From Polyangia bacterium (GTDB lineage Bacteria > Myxococcota_A > Polyangia > JAAYKL01), in contig JAWOBP010000088.1 of NCBI GenBank assembly GCA_046484285.1, positions 726-64,725 on the forward strand: 64,000 nt of DNA, given 5' to 3'. The translations under genes and the position numbers were made by a program. Of the stretch, positions 18,722 to 27,898 are shown piece after piece. Numbering within the stretch: position 1 is the first letter of the stretch; the number at the start of each line of letters is the position of its first letter. Under the pieces are notes generated by a model, which saw nothing but the letters and a program-made list of their open reading frames with translations, did no database searches and was not told the origin of the DNA.

Positions 18722-19878
18722 AGATCACGTTTTCCTACCGCGAGCGCGTCGCCGGGTTGTTCTTGCTGACGGCCGCGCTGCTGGTGGTTGTTTTCGTGGT
18801 CGGCACCGCGGTGCAGAACCGCTGGTTCGAGCCGCGCGTCCCGTATCACACTCACGTGATGCGCGGCGAGGGGCTGCGCAGCGGCTCTCCGGTGCTGCTG
18901 TCCGGAATCGAGGTCGGCGAGATCGGCAAGCTGAGCATCATGCAGGACAACCGGATCGACGTGGAGATCCTGGTGCTGGAGAAGCACGCCCACCGCGTGC
19001 GCCGCGGCGGCAAGGCCGTGGTGCGCCGCCTGCTGGGCATCGGCGAGAAGCGGATCCACCTGGTCTCGCCGGCGGAAGAGTCCACGCCGCTGCCCGCCGG
19101 AGCGCTGCTGCCCGCCGACGAGCCGATCGATCTGCTCGATGCGGTCTCGGAGATCGACCTGGGCAAGTACATCCGCACCATGGACCGCGCGGTCTCGGCG
19201 ACAGAGGTGCTGCTGACCAAGATGGAGGAGGAGGATCGTCTCGAGCGCATGATCGAGGCGTTCGACGAGATGGGTCCGACCATGGTGCGGCTCAACGAGT
19301 TGCTCGACGAGATCAACGAGCCGCTGGCCGAGCTGATCAAGGATCCCAGCTTCAAGCGCACCTTCGACGGAGCGGACAAGCTGTTCAACGATCCCAACAC
19401 GCGCCGCGCGATGCGACACGTGGCCAAGACCTTCGACCCGCAGCGGATCGAGCGGCTGCTGGCGCGCACCGACCGGGTCCTGGCGCGCTTCGACGCGCTG
19501 CTCGCAGAGGACGGCCACTTCCACGGAGCGCTGGCCGGCGCGGACAGGCTGATGAACGACGGGCGCATGGATCGCATGTTGACCAGCATGGAACGGCTGA
19601 CCGACGCCGAGAAGCTGGAGAAGCTCGTGGACAACATGGCGCTGATCGCCGAGCAGATGGCCCGCATCGGTCCCGAGATCCCGCAGATGACCCGCGAGAT
19701 GCTGGTCACGATGCGCGAGGCGGTGGTGGTGCTCAAGGCGTTGCAGAAGACCTGGCTGCTCGACGACGAGTCTCGGGACGCCCGCCGCGAGGTCGAGAAG
19801 CGCAGCAAAGAGGAGGAGCAGCAGCGGGCCCGGGAAAAGCCTCCGCTCCCGGAAGAACAGAAGGACTCCCGGCCGTAG
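18718..19878 (+). CDS. MCE/MlaD-family substrate-binding protein with long helical C-terminal extension
   Basis: N-terminal TM segment (LFLLTAALLVVVFVV), an MCE-like core (GLRSGSPVLLSGIEVGEIGKLS) and then about 250 aa of helical sequence. It has a GTGA overlap with the preceding gene. Confidence 0.75.
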   Translation: MKITFSYRERVAGLFLLTAALLVVVFVVGTAVQNRWFEPRVPYHTHVMRGEGLRSGSPVLLSGIEVGEIGKLSIMQDNRIDVEILVLEKHAHRVRRGGKAVVRRLLGIGEKRIHLVSPAEESTPLPAGALLPADEPIDLLDAVSEIDLGKYIRTMDRAVSATEVLLTKMEEEDRLERMIEAFDEMGPTMVRLNELLDEINEPLAELIKDPSFKRTFDGADKLFNDPNTRRAMRHVAKTFDPQRIERLLARTDRVLARFDALLAEDGHFHGALAGADRLMNDGRMDRMLTSMERLTDAEKLEKLVDNMALIAEQMARIGPEIPQMTREMLVTMREAVVVLKALQKTWLLDDESRDARREVEKRSKEEEQQRAREKPPLPEEQKDSRP

Positions 19879-19880
19879 CC

Positions 19881-19898
19881 CGGCGGGTTGACCCGCCG
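19881..19898 (+). terminator. GC-rich hairpin after the Mla-like operon (no U-tract)
   Basis: CGGCGGG, loop TTGA, CCCGCCG. This is a perfect 7-bp stem starting 3 nt after the stop at 19878. Confidence 0.3.
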
Positions 19899-19957
19899 CC
19901 GCTCGTGATTAACTTGCAGTTGAAGAGAAATGATGGAAGGCGAAGGAGGCGCCTGAG

Positions 19958-20800
19958 ATGACCAGCACCGCGATCACCAGGGTAGGCGAGCTCGATCGCT
20001 ACATGGCCGAGGTCAACCGCTACCCGCTGCTCGACGCCGAGGAGGAGAAGCGCCTGGCTCGACGCTGGCGCGAGAGCGGCGACGTGCAGGCCGCGCACCG
20101 CCTGGTGACGGCGAACCTGCGGTTCGTGGTCAAGATCGCCCACGAGTACCGCGGCTACGGCGCCCAGATGCTGGACATGATCCAGGAGGGCAGCGTGGGG
20201 CTGATGCAGGCGGTCAAGCGCTTCGATCCGGATCGCGGCTACCGGCTGATCTCGTACGCCGTGTACTGGATTCGCTCCTACATCCACGCCTTTTTGATGC
20301 GCACCGTGCGCATGATCAAGGTCGGGACCTCGCGGGCCCACCGCAAGCTGTTCTTCAAGCTGCGGGCGCTCAAGGGCAGGCTGGCCAGCGGCGGAGAGGT
20401 CGAGGATGACGAGCTGCTCGACTCGGTGGCGCGCGAGATGGGGGTCAGCCGCTCCGACGTGGAGGAGATGGACCGTCACCTCGGCGGAAGGGACGCCTCG
20501 CTCGACGCTCCCGTCGCCGAGGGCGGAAGCTCGCTGGGCGAGTTGGTGCCGTCCGAGCAGATCTCGCAGGAGGAACAGCTGGCCGAGCTGGAACACCGGG
20601 CCGATCTCACCGCGCGCCTGGAGACCGCGCTCGACTCGCTCGACGAGCGCGAGCGGGCGATCGTCGAGCAGCGCCACCTGGCCGACGAGCCGCGGCAGCT
20701 CGAGGCGATCGGCCGGGAGCTGGGAGTCACCAAGCAGCGCGTCTCGCAGCTGGAGCGCCGCGCGATGGCCAAGCTCAAGGAGCAGCTGGCCGCGGCATGA
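19958..20800 (+). CDS. rpoH: RNA polymerase sigma-32 (heat-shock) factor
   Basis: Sigma-70 regions 2 to 4 are present, with an RpoH-box-like HRKLFFKLR. The RBS GAAGGAGG lies upstream. Confidence 0.85.
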   Translation: MTSTAITRVGELDRYMAEVNRYPLLDAEEEKRLARRWRESGDVQAAHRLVTANLRFVVKIAHEYRGYGAQMLDMIQEGSVGLMQAVKRFDPDRGYRLISYAVYWIRSYIHAFLMRTVRMIKVGTSRAHRKLFFKLRALKGRLASGGEVEDDELLDSVAREMGVSRSDVEEMDRHLGGRDASLDAPVAEGGSSLGELVPSEQISQEEQLAELEHRADLTARLETALDSLDERERAIVEQRHLADEPRQLEAIGRELGVTKQRVSQLERRAMAKLKEQLAAA

Positions 20801-20847
20801 GCACGAGTCCCTTTCGTCCCCTTTCACCCTGAGCTATTATCCCGACT

Positions 20848-21804
20848 ATGAGAATCAAGGCATCATTGTTGGCGGTTTTTTCAGCGACCTGCGTCGCGCT
20901 GCCGGGTCTGCCGGCCGCGGCTCTCCAGGACGAGAGCGCCGAGGACGAGAGCGCCGAGCCCGAGGAGGAGCCCGCGCCGGAGCAGGAGGCCGAGCCGGAG
21001 CAGGCCGAGCCCGAAGAGGAGCCGGCCCCGGTTCCGGGCGGGGAGGAGCCCGCGCCGACAGAAGAGCCGGCGCCCGATCCGTTCGATCTCGAGGAGCACG
21101 ACGTGGAGTCGGTGGAATACGAGGACGAGGTCGTCCCGGACGAGGCTCCGGAGCCGGAGAAGATCGACGACGGCAGGCCGTTCGCCAAGGGGGACATCGA
21201 GCTGGGCCTGGGCCTGGGAGGCTACGGCGCCGGGGACTACTTCCAGCTCCTGATCGGAGGCGCGTTCTCCTACTACGTTGTCGATCGTTTCGCTCCCGGG
21301 ATCGACATCCAGTACAACATGGTCTTCTCCGACGACTACCGGTACCCGGACAGCTTCACCCTGCTGCCCACGCTCAAGTTCGTGATTCTGCGCAACGCCA
21401 GGTTCGCACCCTACATCGTGGCGGCCGGAGGCTACGAGTTCCAGTGGGGCGGCTCCAAGAACCCGTTCGAGGGCATCCGGGAGGCCGACGCCTGGATCGC
21501 GGGCGGGGGCGCCGGCGCCCACATCGGGATCGGCGATCACTTCGCGCTGACCGTCCAGATCCTGGCGCTCTACTACTGGTACGTGCCCACCAGGATCCGC
21601 GGCTACGACGACGGCGTGTTCTCGAGCGACCAGGCCGCCAGCGACCAGGACGGAAAGTTCGTCGTGATCGACGACGAAGGCCAGCTGGGTTGCGACGCTG
21701 CCAGCGAGGACTGCTACGCGTTCTACGAAGACGAGGATCTCGAGGATCGCGACGGAGAGCTGTTCTTTCCGCTGGTCCGGATCGGTTTCAACGTCTATTT
21801 CTAG
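20848..21804 (+). CDS. secreted protein with acidic Pro/Glu-rich linker and probable outer-membrane beta-barrel C-domain
   Basis: Signal peptide (MRIKASLLAVFSATCVALPGLPAAA), a PE-rich region, alternating hydrophobic beta-strand patterns, and a terminal ...GFNVYF ending in Phe. Confidence 0.6.
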   Translation: MRIKASLLAVFSATCVALPGLPAAALQDESAEDESAEPEEEPAPEQEAEPEQAEPEEEPAPVPGGEEPAPTEEPAPDPFDLEEHDVESVEYEDEVVPDEAPEPEKIDDGRPFAKGDIELGLGLGGYGAGDYFQLLIGGAFSYYVVDRFAPGIDIQYNMVFSDDYRYPDSFTLLPTLKFVILRNARFAPYIVAAGGYEFQWGGSKNPFEGIREADAWIAGGGAGAHIGIGDHFALTVQILALYYWYVPTRIRGYDDGVFSSDQAASDQDGKFVVIDDEGQLGCDAASEDCYAFYEDEDLEDRDGELFFPLVRIGFNVYF

Positions 21805-21965
21805 TGCCTCGTCAACCCGACGATTTCGGGTACGGGGTGAGAGATCATCGGCGAGGCCAAGGAACGACGACGAAGGACTGGCGGTGCCAATTCGAGGAGG
21901 AGTGACGCAGGGATCGTCGATGAGGGCCGGCCCGACCCGGCATTGTGGGGTTGACGAGGCACTAG
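21801..21965. repeat. 18-bp perfect inverted repeat flanking a 129-nt spacer between two convergent stop codons
   Basis: CTAGTGCCTCGTCAACCC (21801-21818) is the exact reverse complement of GGGTTGACGAGGCACTAG (21948-21965). Each arm contains the TAG stop of one of the convergent genes. Confidence 0.9.
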
Positions 21966-23125
21966 GGAAGAAGCACTTCGGCGAGCTCTTCCGCCCGGTC
22001 GGTGCTCTCCCACGTGAAGGTTTTTCCGCTGCGGCCGAAGTGACCGTAGGCAGCGGTCTTGAGGTAGATTGGGCGCAGCAGATCGAGCTGCTCGATGATC
22101 GCCGCCGGGCGCATGTCGAAGTGGGCCGCTACGTATTTCGCGATTTTATCGTCGGGGATCGCGCCCGTACCGAATGTCTGCACAGTCACGGAGACCGGCT
22201 CGGCGACGCCGATCGCGTAGGCGACCTGGAGCTGGCAGCGCTCCGCCAAGCCCGCGGCCACGATGTTCTTGGCCACGTACCTGGCGTAGTAGGCGGCAGA
22301 GCGGTCGACCTTGGTCGGATCCTTGCCCGAGAAGCAGCCCCCGCCATGGGCTCCCATGCCGCCGTAGGTGTCGACGACTATCTTGCGGCCGGTGACCCCG
22401 GCGTCGGCGTACGGGCCGCCCTGCACGAAGCGGCCGGTGGGATTGACGAGCACGCGGGTCTTGGTGTTGGTAAGTCTGCGGGGAATCGTGGGCTCCACTA
22501 GGTTTTCCCTGATCCAGCTCGTCAGCTCCTTGTGCGAGATGCCGTCGGTGTGCTGCGTGGAGACGACCACCGTGTCCACCGCGGCCGGCGCGCCGTTTTT
22601 GTAACGTACCGTGACCTGGCTCTTGCTGTCCGGGCGCAAGAACGGGATTCGGTCGCGTTTGCGCAGCCGGGCCAGGTTGCGCATCAACTTGTGGGCCAGC
22701 GAGATGGGCAGCGGCATCAGTTCGCGGGTTTCGTCGCAGGCGTAGCCGAACATCATTCCCTGGTCGCCGGCGCCCTGGGACTTGTGTTTGCCCTTGCCTC
22801 GCGTCACTCCCTGGGAAATGTCGGGCGACTGCTTCTCGATCGCGGTCAGCACGGCACAGGTGTTGGCGTCGAACCCCATCGACGAGTCGGAGTAACCGAT
22901 GTCGCGGATTGTCTTGCGCACCACCTTGGGCATGTCCACCCATGTCTTGGTCGTGATCTCGCCGGCGATGATCGCCATGCCGGTCTTGACCATCGTCTCC
23001 ACGGCGACGCGCGAGGAATGGTCGTCCTTGATGCAGGCGTCGAGAATCGCATCCGAGATCTGGTCGCAGACCTTGTCGGGATGCCCCTCGGACACCGACT
23101 CGGAGGTGAACAAGTAGTCGTTCAT
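21962..23125 (-). CDS. metK: S-adenosylmethionine synthetase
   Basis: [25 protein letters not shown]...[12 protein letters not shown]...[19 protein letters not shown] are canonical MetK motifs along the full length. Confidence 0.97.
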   Translation of the reverse strand: MNDYLFTSESVSEGHPDKVCDQISDAILDACIKDDHSSRVAVETMVKTGMAIIAGEITTKTWVDMPKVVRKTIRDIGYSDSSMGFDANTCAVLTAIEKQSPDISQGVTRGKGKHKSQGAGDQGMMFGYACDETRELMPLPISLAHKLMRNLARLRKRDRIPFLRPDSKSQVTVRYKNGAPAAVDTVVVSTQHTDGISHKELTSWIRENLVEPTIPRRLTNTKTRVLVNPTGRFVQGGPYADAGVTGRKIVVDTYGGMGAHGGGCFSGKDPTKVDRSAAYYARYVAKNIVAAGLAERCQLQVAYAIGVAEPVSVTVQTFGTGAIPDDKIAKYVAAHFDMRPAAIIEQLDLLRPIYLKTAAYGHFGRSGKTFTWESTDRAEELAEVLLP

Positions 23126-23286
23126 CGGCTGGCTCCTTGACTTGACTCACTCGCTGCCACGCAAGCGAAAAAACAAAACGACGCTATCTATTTCTCTTCG
23201 GCCGAAAGTTGTCAACCGGGATTCACGGTTGGCGTATGGAGAAGCGGGGCTGCTTGATTCGAACGCCGGGACCGTGCATTTTCTGG

Positions 23287-24549
23287 ATGTCGATGCCAGC
23301 TGTGAACCCCAGGACTTTTTTTCGCTTCGCCGCGGAGCACCACGCACTGCTCACCGAGCTGTACTACAGGCGTGAGGGGCTGCCGGATGCGGAGCTGCTC
23401 GAGCTGATAAGGCGTCACAGCGACCTGCAGTCGCCGAGCGCGTCCTATCTCCGCGATCGTCTCTTGGAATTGGGAATCCTGGAGCCCGCTCCCGAGGCTA
23501 CGGCGCAGCTGGAGATGACGCGGCCCGTCGCGGCGCTGGTCGGGTATCTGTTGCGTGAGTATCGACTGACCAGCGTGGAGGTGATTCAGTCGTACTTCCA
23601 GGCCATCGAGTCGCTCGGGTCGGAGCTGTCCAGTGCGGTGGCCCGGGGAAACAGCGAGATCCTGGTTCGTGTGAACGCGGAGCTCGAGGATCACGTGGAG
23701 CGCATGCGCCATGACTCCCGCAACAATCGCGAACGGGTGATCGCGGACGTGATGCGGGTCAAGACCAACCGGGAGCGCCTCAACCCGCGCCAGCGTTACG
23801 AGCTGGTGAACAGGCTGTGGACTCGGTACATCGTCCCGCTCCGCGACGTGATCGACACGCAGAAGGTCATGGACGCGGCGCTGGACAGGCTGGAAGGAAT
23901 CTACCGCGACGCTCACGAGAGCTTCGCGGGCGACGGCGTCGTGCAGCGCGTGATCCGCGGCGGAGAAGCGCGGCTGCGGCGCCTGCGGCGCGACGTGCTG
24001 GGCGATTTTCAAGAGACGGTTCGCGAGGTCACCCCTCTCTACGAGGAGCTTCGACACGAGACGGCGGTTGCGCGGGGAGCGGCTCGGGCGCTGGAGCGGG
24101 TATCGAAAGAGGGGTTGGCCGAGCTGGGGCTTTCGCGGATCATGGGAGTCTGCAACTGGCAGCAGCGCGGTCTGTTCGGCGACGGCGCGCTGGAGTCGTA
24201 TCTGGCCGAGTTGCGCGGTTACGACCCGCTGCCTCCCGATCCTCTCTCTCCCGCCCGGAAGGATGGCGGATCGCCTCGCGTCGATCCGGTGGAATTCTCC
24301 GAGAGAGCACGCGCGGCCGTGCCGATCGAGGACGCTCTCGAGTGGCTGCTCGGGAGCTATCCCGAAGCGGGATCGGTCGAGGTGCTGCGCCTCTACGGGC
24401 GATTGCACTCGGGCCGTTTCGGAGCGACCTCCTTCGCAGCAAAGAGCAGAGAATACCCTGTGGCCGACCTGCTGCTGGTCGCTTGCCCAATGGCGATCGT
24501 TCCCGATCGCGATCCGGATCGCGAGCAGACGGGTGGAGGTCCGCGATGA
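23287..24549 (+). CDS. kleisin-like subunit candidate (JetA/MksF position) of an SMC-Toprim operon
   Basis: About 420 aa, helical and Arg/Glu-rich, with no motif I can name. The call rests on its position as the first gene of a four-gene overlapping operon, and its size is close to JetA/MksF. The start could be ATG 23287 or 23293. Confidence 0.45.
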   Translation: MSMPAVNPRTFFRFAAEHHALLTELYYRREGLPDAELLELIRRHSDLQSPSASYLRDRLLELGILEPAPEATAQLEMTRPVAALVGYLLREYRLTSVEVIQSYFQAIESLGSELSSAVARGNSEILVRVNAELEDHVERMRHDSRNNRERVIADVMRVKTNRERLNPRQRYELVNRLWTRYIVPLRDVIDTQKVMDAALDRLEGIYRDAHESFAGDGVVQRVIRGGEARLRRLRRDVLGDFQETVREVTPLYEELRHETAVARGAARALERVSKEGLAELGLSRIMGVCNWQQRGLFGDGALESYLAELRGYDPLPPDPLSPARKDGGSPRVDPVEFSERARAAVPIEDALEWLLGSYPEAGSVEVLRLYGRLHSGRFGATSFAAKSREYPVADLLLVACPMAIVPDRDPDREQTGGGPR

Positions 24550-25130
24550 CCGATGAGCTCGATGGACCGATCGATCTGCCCCGGTTGGCCGAGGTTTTCG
24601 ATGCCCTGCGCAAGGGACGGCACATCTGCATGACCGGCGATGCAGGTTTGTACTCCGTGCTCAGGGACCATTCGGAGGAGTTTCGAGCACTGTTCGTGCA
24701 ACTCGGCTTCGAGCTGGTACATCATCCACGCGATTTTTTCTATTTTTCGAACCGCAAGAACTTCACCGAGCTGTCGGCGCGGATGGCTGTCTTCGTGTTC
24801 ATCCTGGTCGAGCACCTCGCCGACCGCGGCGAGGCCATCGAAGAGACGTTGATGACCCGTCGTTTCAGATTCGCGGAGCTGCCGCACATGACAAAAGAGA
24901 GGTACAGACGGCTGATGCGCGAGGCCGGCGTGACCGAGGACGGTGATATCGAGCAGACAGTGGTCAACATGGAACGGTTCGGGTTCGCCGAACGCCGTGC
25001 GGACGACAGCTTCGTCTTTCGGCCGCCCGCCTACCGTTTTCTCGATCTCTGTTACGAGATGGCCGGCGGAATTCCGGACCGGGGGGACGTTCGGCGAGGA
25101 GATGCCGGCGGGGAGAACCAGCAAATATGA
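24546..25130 (+). CDS. small winged-helix-like subunit candidate (JetB/MksE position)
   Basis: 194 aa, with ATGA overlaps at both ends. Segments such as LAEVFDALRKGRHI...LYSVLRDHSEEFRALFVQLGFELVHHPRDFFYF and ...MERFGFAER resemble DUF4194/MksE-type tandem WH proteins as I recall them. This is not verified. Confidence 0.5.
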   Translation: MTDELDGPIDLPRLAEVFDALRKGRHICMTGDAGLYSVLRDHSEEFRALFVQLGFELVHHPRDFFYFSNRKNFTELSARMAVFVFILVEHLADRGEAIEETLMTRRFRFAELPHMTKERYRRLMREAGVTEDGDIEQTVVNMERFGFAERRADDSFVFRPPAYRFLDLCYEMAGGIPDRGDVRRGDAGGENQQI

Positions 25131-27898
25131 GCGCGGCGGACGAGAGGCGCGTCGGGCCGACCAAGATCCTGCTGCTCAACTGCGGGAAGTTCGATTTCGC
25201 GCAGGTGGACATCGACGCACCCTTGCATCTGGTGGGCGCCAACAACGTCGGCAAGACGTCTCTGATCGCCCTTTTGCAGCTGCTCTACATCGATGATCAG
25301 CGAAAGATGCACTTCGCTCGCGATTTCGCCGAGACAAGACGCTACTACTTTCCCGACGTTTACAGTTACGTGCTGTTCGAGTGCCTGACGCCCACGGGAT
25401 TCAAGGTCGTGGGGGCACGAGGTCTGGGGCCGGTCAGGCAATACGAGTTCGAGAGGTTCTGCTACCTGGGGCGTCTCGATGTGGAAGACTACGTGGACGA
25501 CGAGCATCGTATTCGTTCTCATGAGGAGATTCTTCCCGCCCTGGCCGATCGCGACTTCGCGCGCCTCCAGCCCCGCCACCTTCGCGCGGCGCTGACCGGC
25601 GTGGGGGACAACCGGGGAGTGGATCTGCGGCTGGTGCCGGCGCGCCACGGGGGGACCTATTCGCGTTTCCGCAAGGTGTTCAACAACATTCTACGACTGT
25701 CGCACCTCAAGCAGGATGAGCTGAAAAGGCTGGTCCTGGACGTTTTTGATGCCGAGTTCCAGCAACGCAGCATAGACCTGGCGAAGACATACGCCCACGG
25801 GTTCGAGCGAGTGCGGAAGGACTCCCAAGAGCTGCGGGATCTGAAGCTGCTGGAAGAAGACATAAAGTCGTTGCTGGAGCACATCGAAAAACGGGAAGAT
25901 TGCCGGCGCGTTCTCCCGGCCCTTTGGGAGGCGCTGGGCCGGGCGCTGACCGGGGCGAGATCGGAGTTGGATCGGGAAAAACGCGATCTCGAAGGAGAGC
26001 TGGACCAAAGCGAGCAGCGAAAGCGGTCGCTCGACGAGCGCATCGAGGCGTTGAGACAAAGGAGGGACGACTCGGCGAACCGTATGGCGGGGCTCGAGTA
26101 CGAGCTGCGTCGTCTGGATTCGGAGCGAGAGCGCTTTGCGGATTTCGTCGTCGAATGGGAGGAGCAGAGGAAGCGCAACCTGAGCGAATCGATAGATTCT
26201 CTGGCTTTCAAGCTCGGACAGTCGAAACGGGAGCCGCAGTCGCGGGTCGAGGCGCGGCTGTACAAGCTGGAAAACGAAATCGAGTTGCGCGAGCGACGGT
26301 TGGAAGGGCTGGCTAGCAGTGCCGTGCATTGGCTGCGAGAGCGATTCGAGGACGAGGAGCTCGAAGACGTCTTTCGCCTGCTGAATCCGGGCCTGCTGGA
26401 CTCGAAGCTGGAGGGAGAGGACGCCGGGGGGCGAGTGTACGACCCAGAGCGAGCCACAGGCTCTTTGCGCGAGCTGCTGTCGTGGCGCGACGGTCGGATC
26501 GTGCGCGGGATGGGTGTGGAGCTCGACCTGGATGAAATTGATGCACCCGGCCTGTCCCGCCATGCGAATCCCGGGGTGATCCGGGACGAGCTGGAAGATC
26601 TCCTGGGGCAGTTGGAATCGCAGCGCGAGGCGTTGGCGGCGGCGCGAGACGCAGAACGGCTGACGAAAGAGAAGCGTGAGCTGGAGGTGGAGCAGGAGGC
26701 GTTGATCAGGGAGCTGGGCGACTGGGGGAAGCTGCGAGAGCTGGAGTCGCGGGAGGACGAGTGGCGCAGCGAGCTGGAGTCTTTGCAGGCTCGTCGAGAG
26801 GCGGCCGAGCGGGAAGAGAAGGAGTGCGAGAAGGAGCGCGAGCGAATCGTGCGCGGCATCGAGAAAACGAAGCGCGGATGCGACGATGTCGAGAGGCAAC
26901 GCCTCGCCCTCGAGGACGAGACCCGAGATTTGCGCCGTCCGCCCGCGGAATGGCCTCTCGTGGAGGTGGAAGGTCTCCCGGAGGATTTCGAGGAGCTGGT
27001 CTCGCGCTATCGGCGCGTGTATCGAGACGAGCAAATACGACAGCAGAGAGTCTCGGAGATTCTCGATCGCATCGAGAGACAGACCTACGGCGTCTACACG
27101 GCACAGGACGAGTCAGCGACAGTGCGAGCGCTGAAGGAGCAGTTGGAGAGCATTCCGGAAAAGGAGCGGGCGGTTCAGGAGCTGTGGACGAGCATCGCGG
27201 TGGGGATCAAGAAATCGCTGAGCAGTATCGCGCGTGACATCGATATTCTAAAAGGGCAGATCCAGGCGCTCAATCGGCGCATCGGCGGGGTCACCGTATC
27301 GAACTTGACCTCTCTGCGACTGCTGGTCCACGAGCGTCCCGACTGGGTCGAGCACATTCGCAAGATCAGTCTGGACGAGGACATGCCGCTGTTCGCCGAC
27401 CCGCGGGCGGTTCGCAGCTCTTTGGAGGACCTGGGGCGCCTGCTGTCGGACCATCCTCGCATCGATCTGGAAGATCTTTTCGATCTGAGATTCGAGGTAG
27501 AAACGCCGGATGGGAAGCTCCGCACGCACGCCCATCTCGACGCGATCGAGTCCAACGGCACCACCGTCACGATCAAGGTGCTGGTCAACCTGGTGCTCTT
27601 GAGCGGATTGTTGGAAGGGGCGAACGTGCACATACCGTTCTACCTGGACGAGTGCTCCAGCCTGGACAACGACAACCTGGCCGCGATTGTCGAGGCGGCT
27701 CGGGAAATGGGGTTCGTCGCGGTTCTCGCCAGTCCGGACGCGATGGACGCCGCGGAGCGCTTGTATTTCATCGAGGAGGGGTCCAATGGTCGCGTCGTGC
27801 TAGACCCCAGAGGGGCGCTCGTCCGCGTCGTAAGAAAAGAGGAGGATCCGTCGGATGAGCAGCGGCATTCATCGAGCCCTGAGCAGGCTGATCGCTGA
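25127..27898 (+). CDS. SMC-like ATPase (JetC/MksB position): Walker A head, about 500 aa coiled coil, Walker B head
   Basis: Walker A GANNVGKTS lies near the N-terminus. A long Glu/Arg/Leu heptad-rich middle follows (roughly residues 230-720). The C-terminal Walker B with D-loop is HIPFYLDECSSLD. Confidence 0.8.
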   Translation: MSAADERRVGPTKILLLNCGKFDFAQVDIDAPLHLVGANNVGKTSLIALLQLLYIDDQRKMHFARDFAETRRYYFPDVYSYVLFECLTPTGFKVVGARGLGPVRQYEFERFCYLGRLDVEDYVDDEHRIRSHEEILPALADRDFARLQPRHLRAALTGVGDNRGVDLRLVPARHGGTYSRFRKVFNNILRLSHLKQDELKRLVLDVFDAEFQQRSIDLAKTYAHGFERVRKDSQELRDLKLLEEDIKSLLEHIEKREDCRRVLPALWEALGRALTGARSELDREKRDLEGELDQSEQRKRSLDERIEALRQRRDDSANRMAGLEYELRRLDSERERFADFVVEWEEQRKRNLSESIDSLAFKLGQSKREPQSRVEARLYKLENEIELRERRLEGLASSAVHWLRERFEDEELEDVFRLLNPGLLDSKLEGEDAGGRVYDPERATGSLRELLSWRDGRIVRGMGVELDLDEIDAPGLSRHANPGVIRDELEDLLGQLESQREALAAARDAERLTKEKRELEVEQEALIRELGDWGKLRELESREDEWRSELESLQARREAAEREEKECEKERERIVRGIEKTKRGCDDVERQRLALEDETRDLRRPPAEWPLVEVEGLPEDFEELVSRYRRVYRDEQIRQQRVSEILDRIERQTYGVYTAQDESATVRALKEQLESIPEKERAVQELWTSIAVGIKKSLSSIARDIDILKGQIQALNRRIGGVTVSNLTSLRLLVHERPDWVEHIRKISLDEDMPLFADPRAVRSSLEDLGRLLSDHPRIDLEDLFDLRFEVETPDGKLRTHAHLDAIESNGTTVTIKVLVNLVLLSGLLEGANVHIPFYLDECSSLDNDNLAAIVEAAREMGFVAVLASPDAMDAAERLYFIEEGSNGRVVLDPRGALVRVVRKEEDPSDEQRHSSSPEQADR

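Noticed and set aside
23126-23286. Possible SAM riboswitch in the metK leader. The region is T-rich, with TTGACA at 23210-23215 on the minus strand and a leader of roughly 60-70 nt.
   Set aside because: I could not recognise the conserved cores of the SAM-I, SAM-II, SAM-V or SAM/SAH classes by eye, and the leader is short. A covariance-model scan (Rfam) would be needed to decide.
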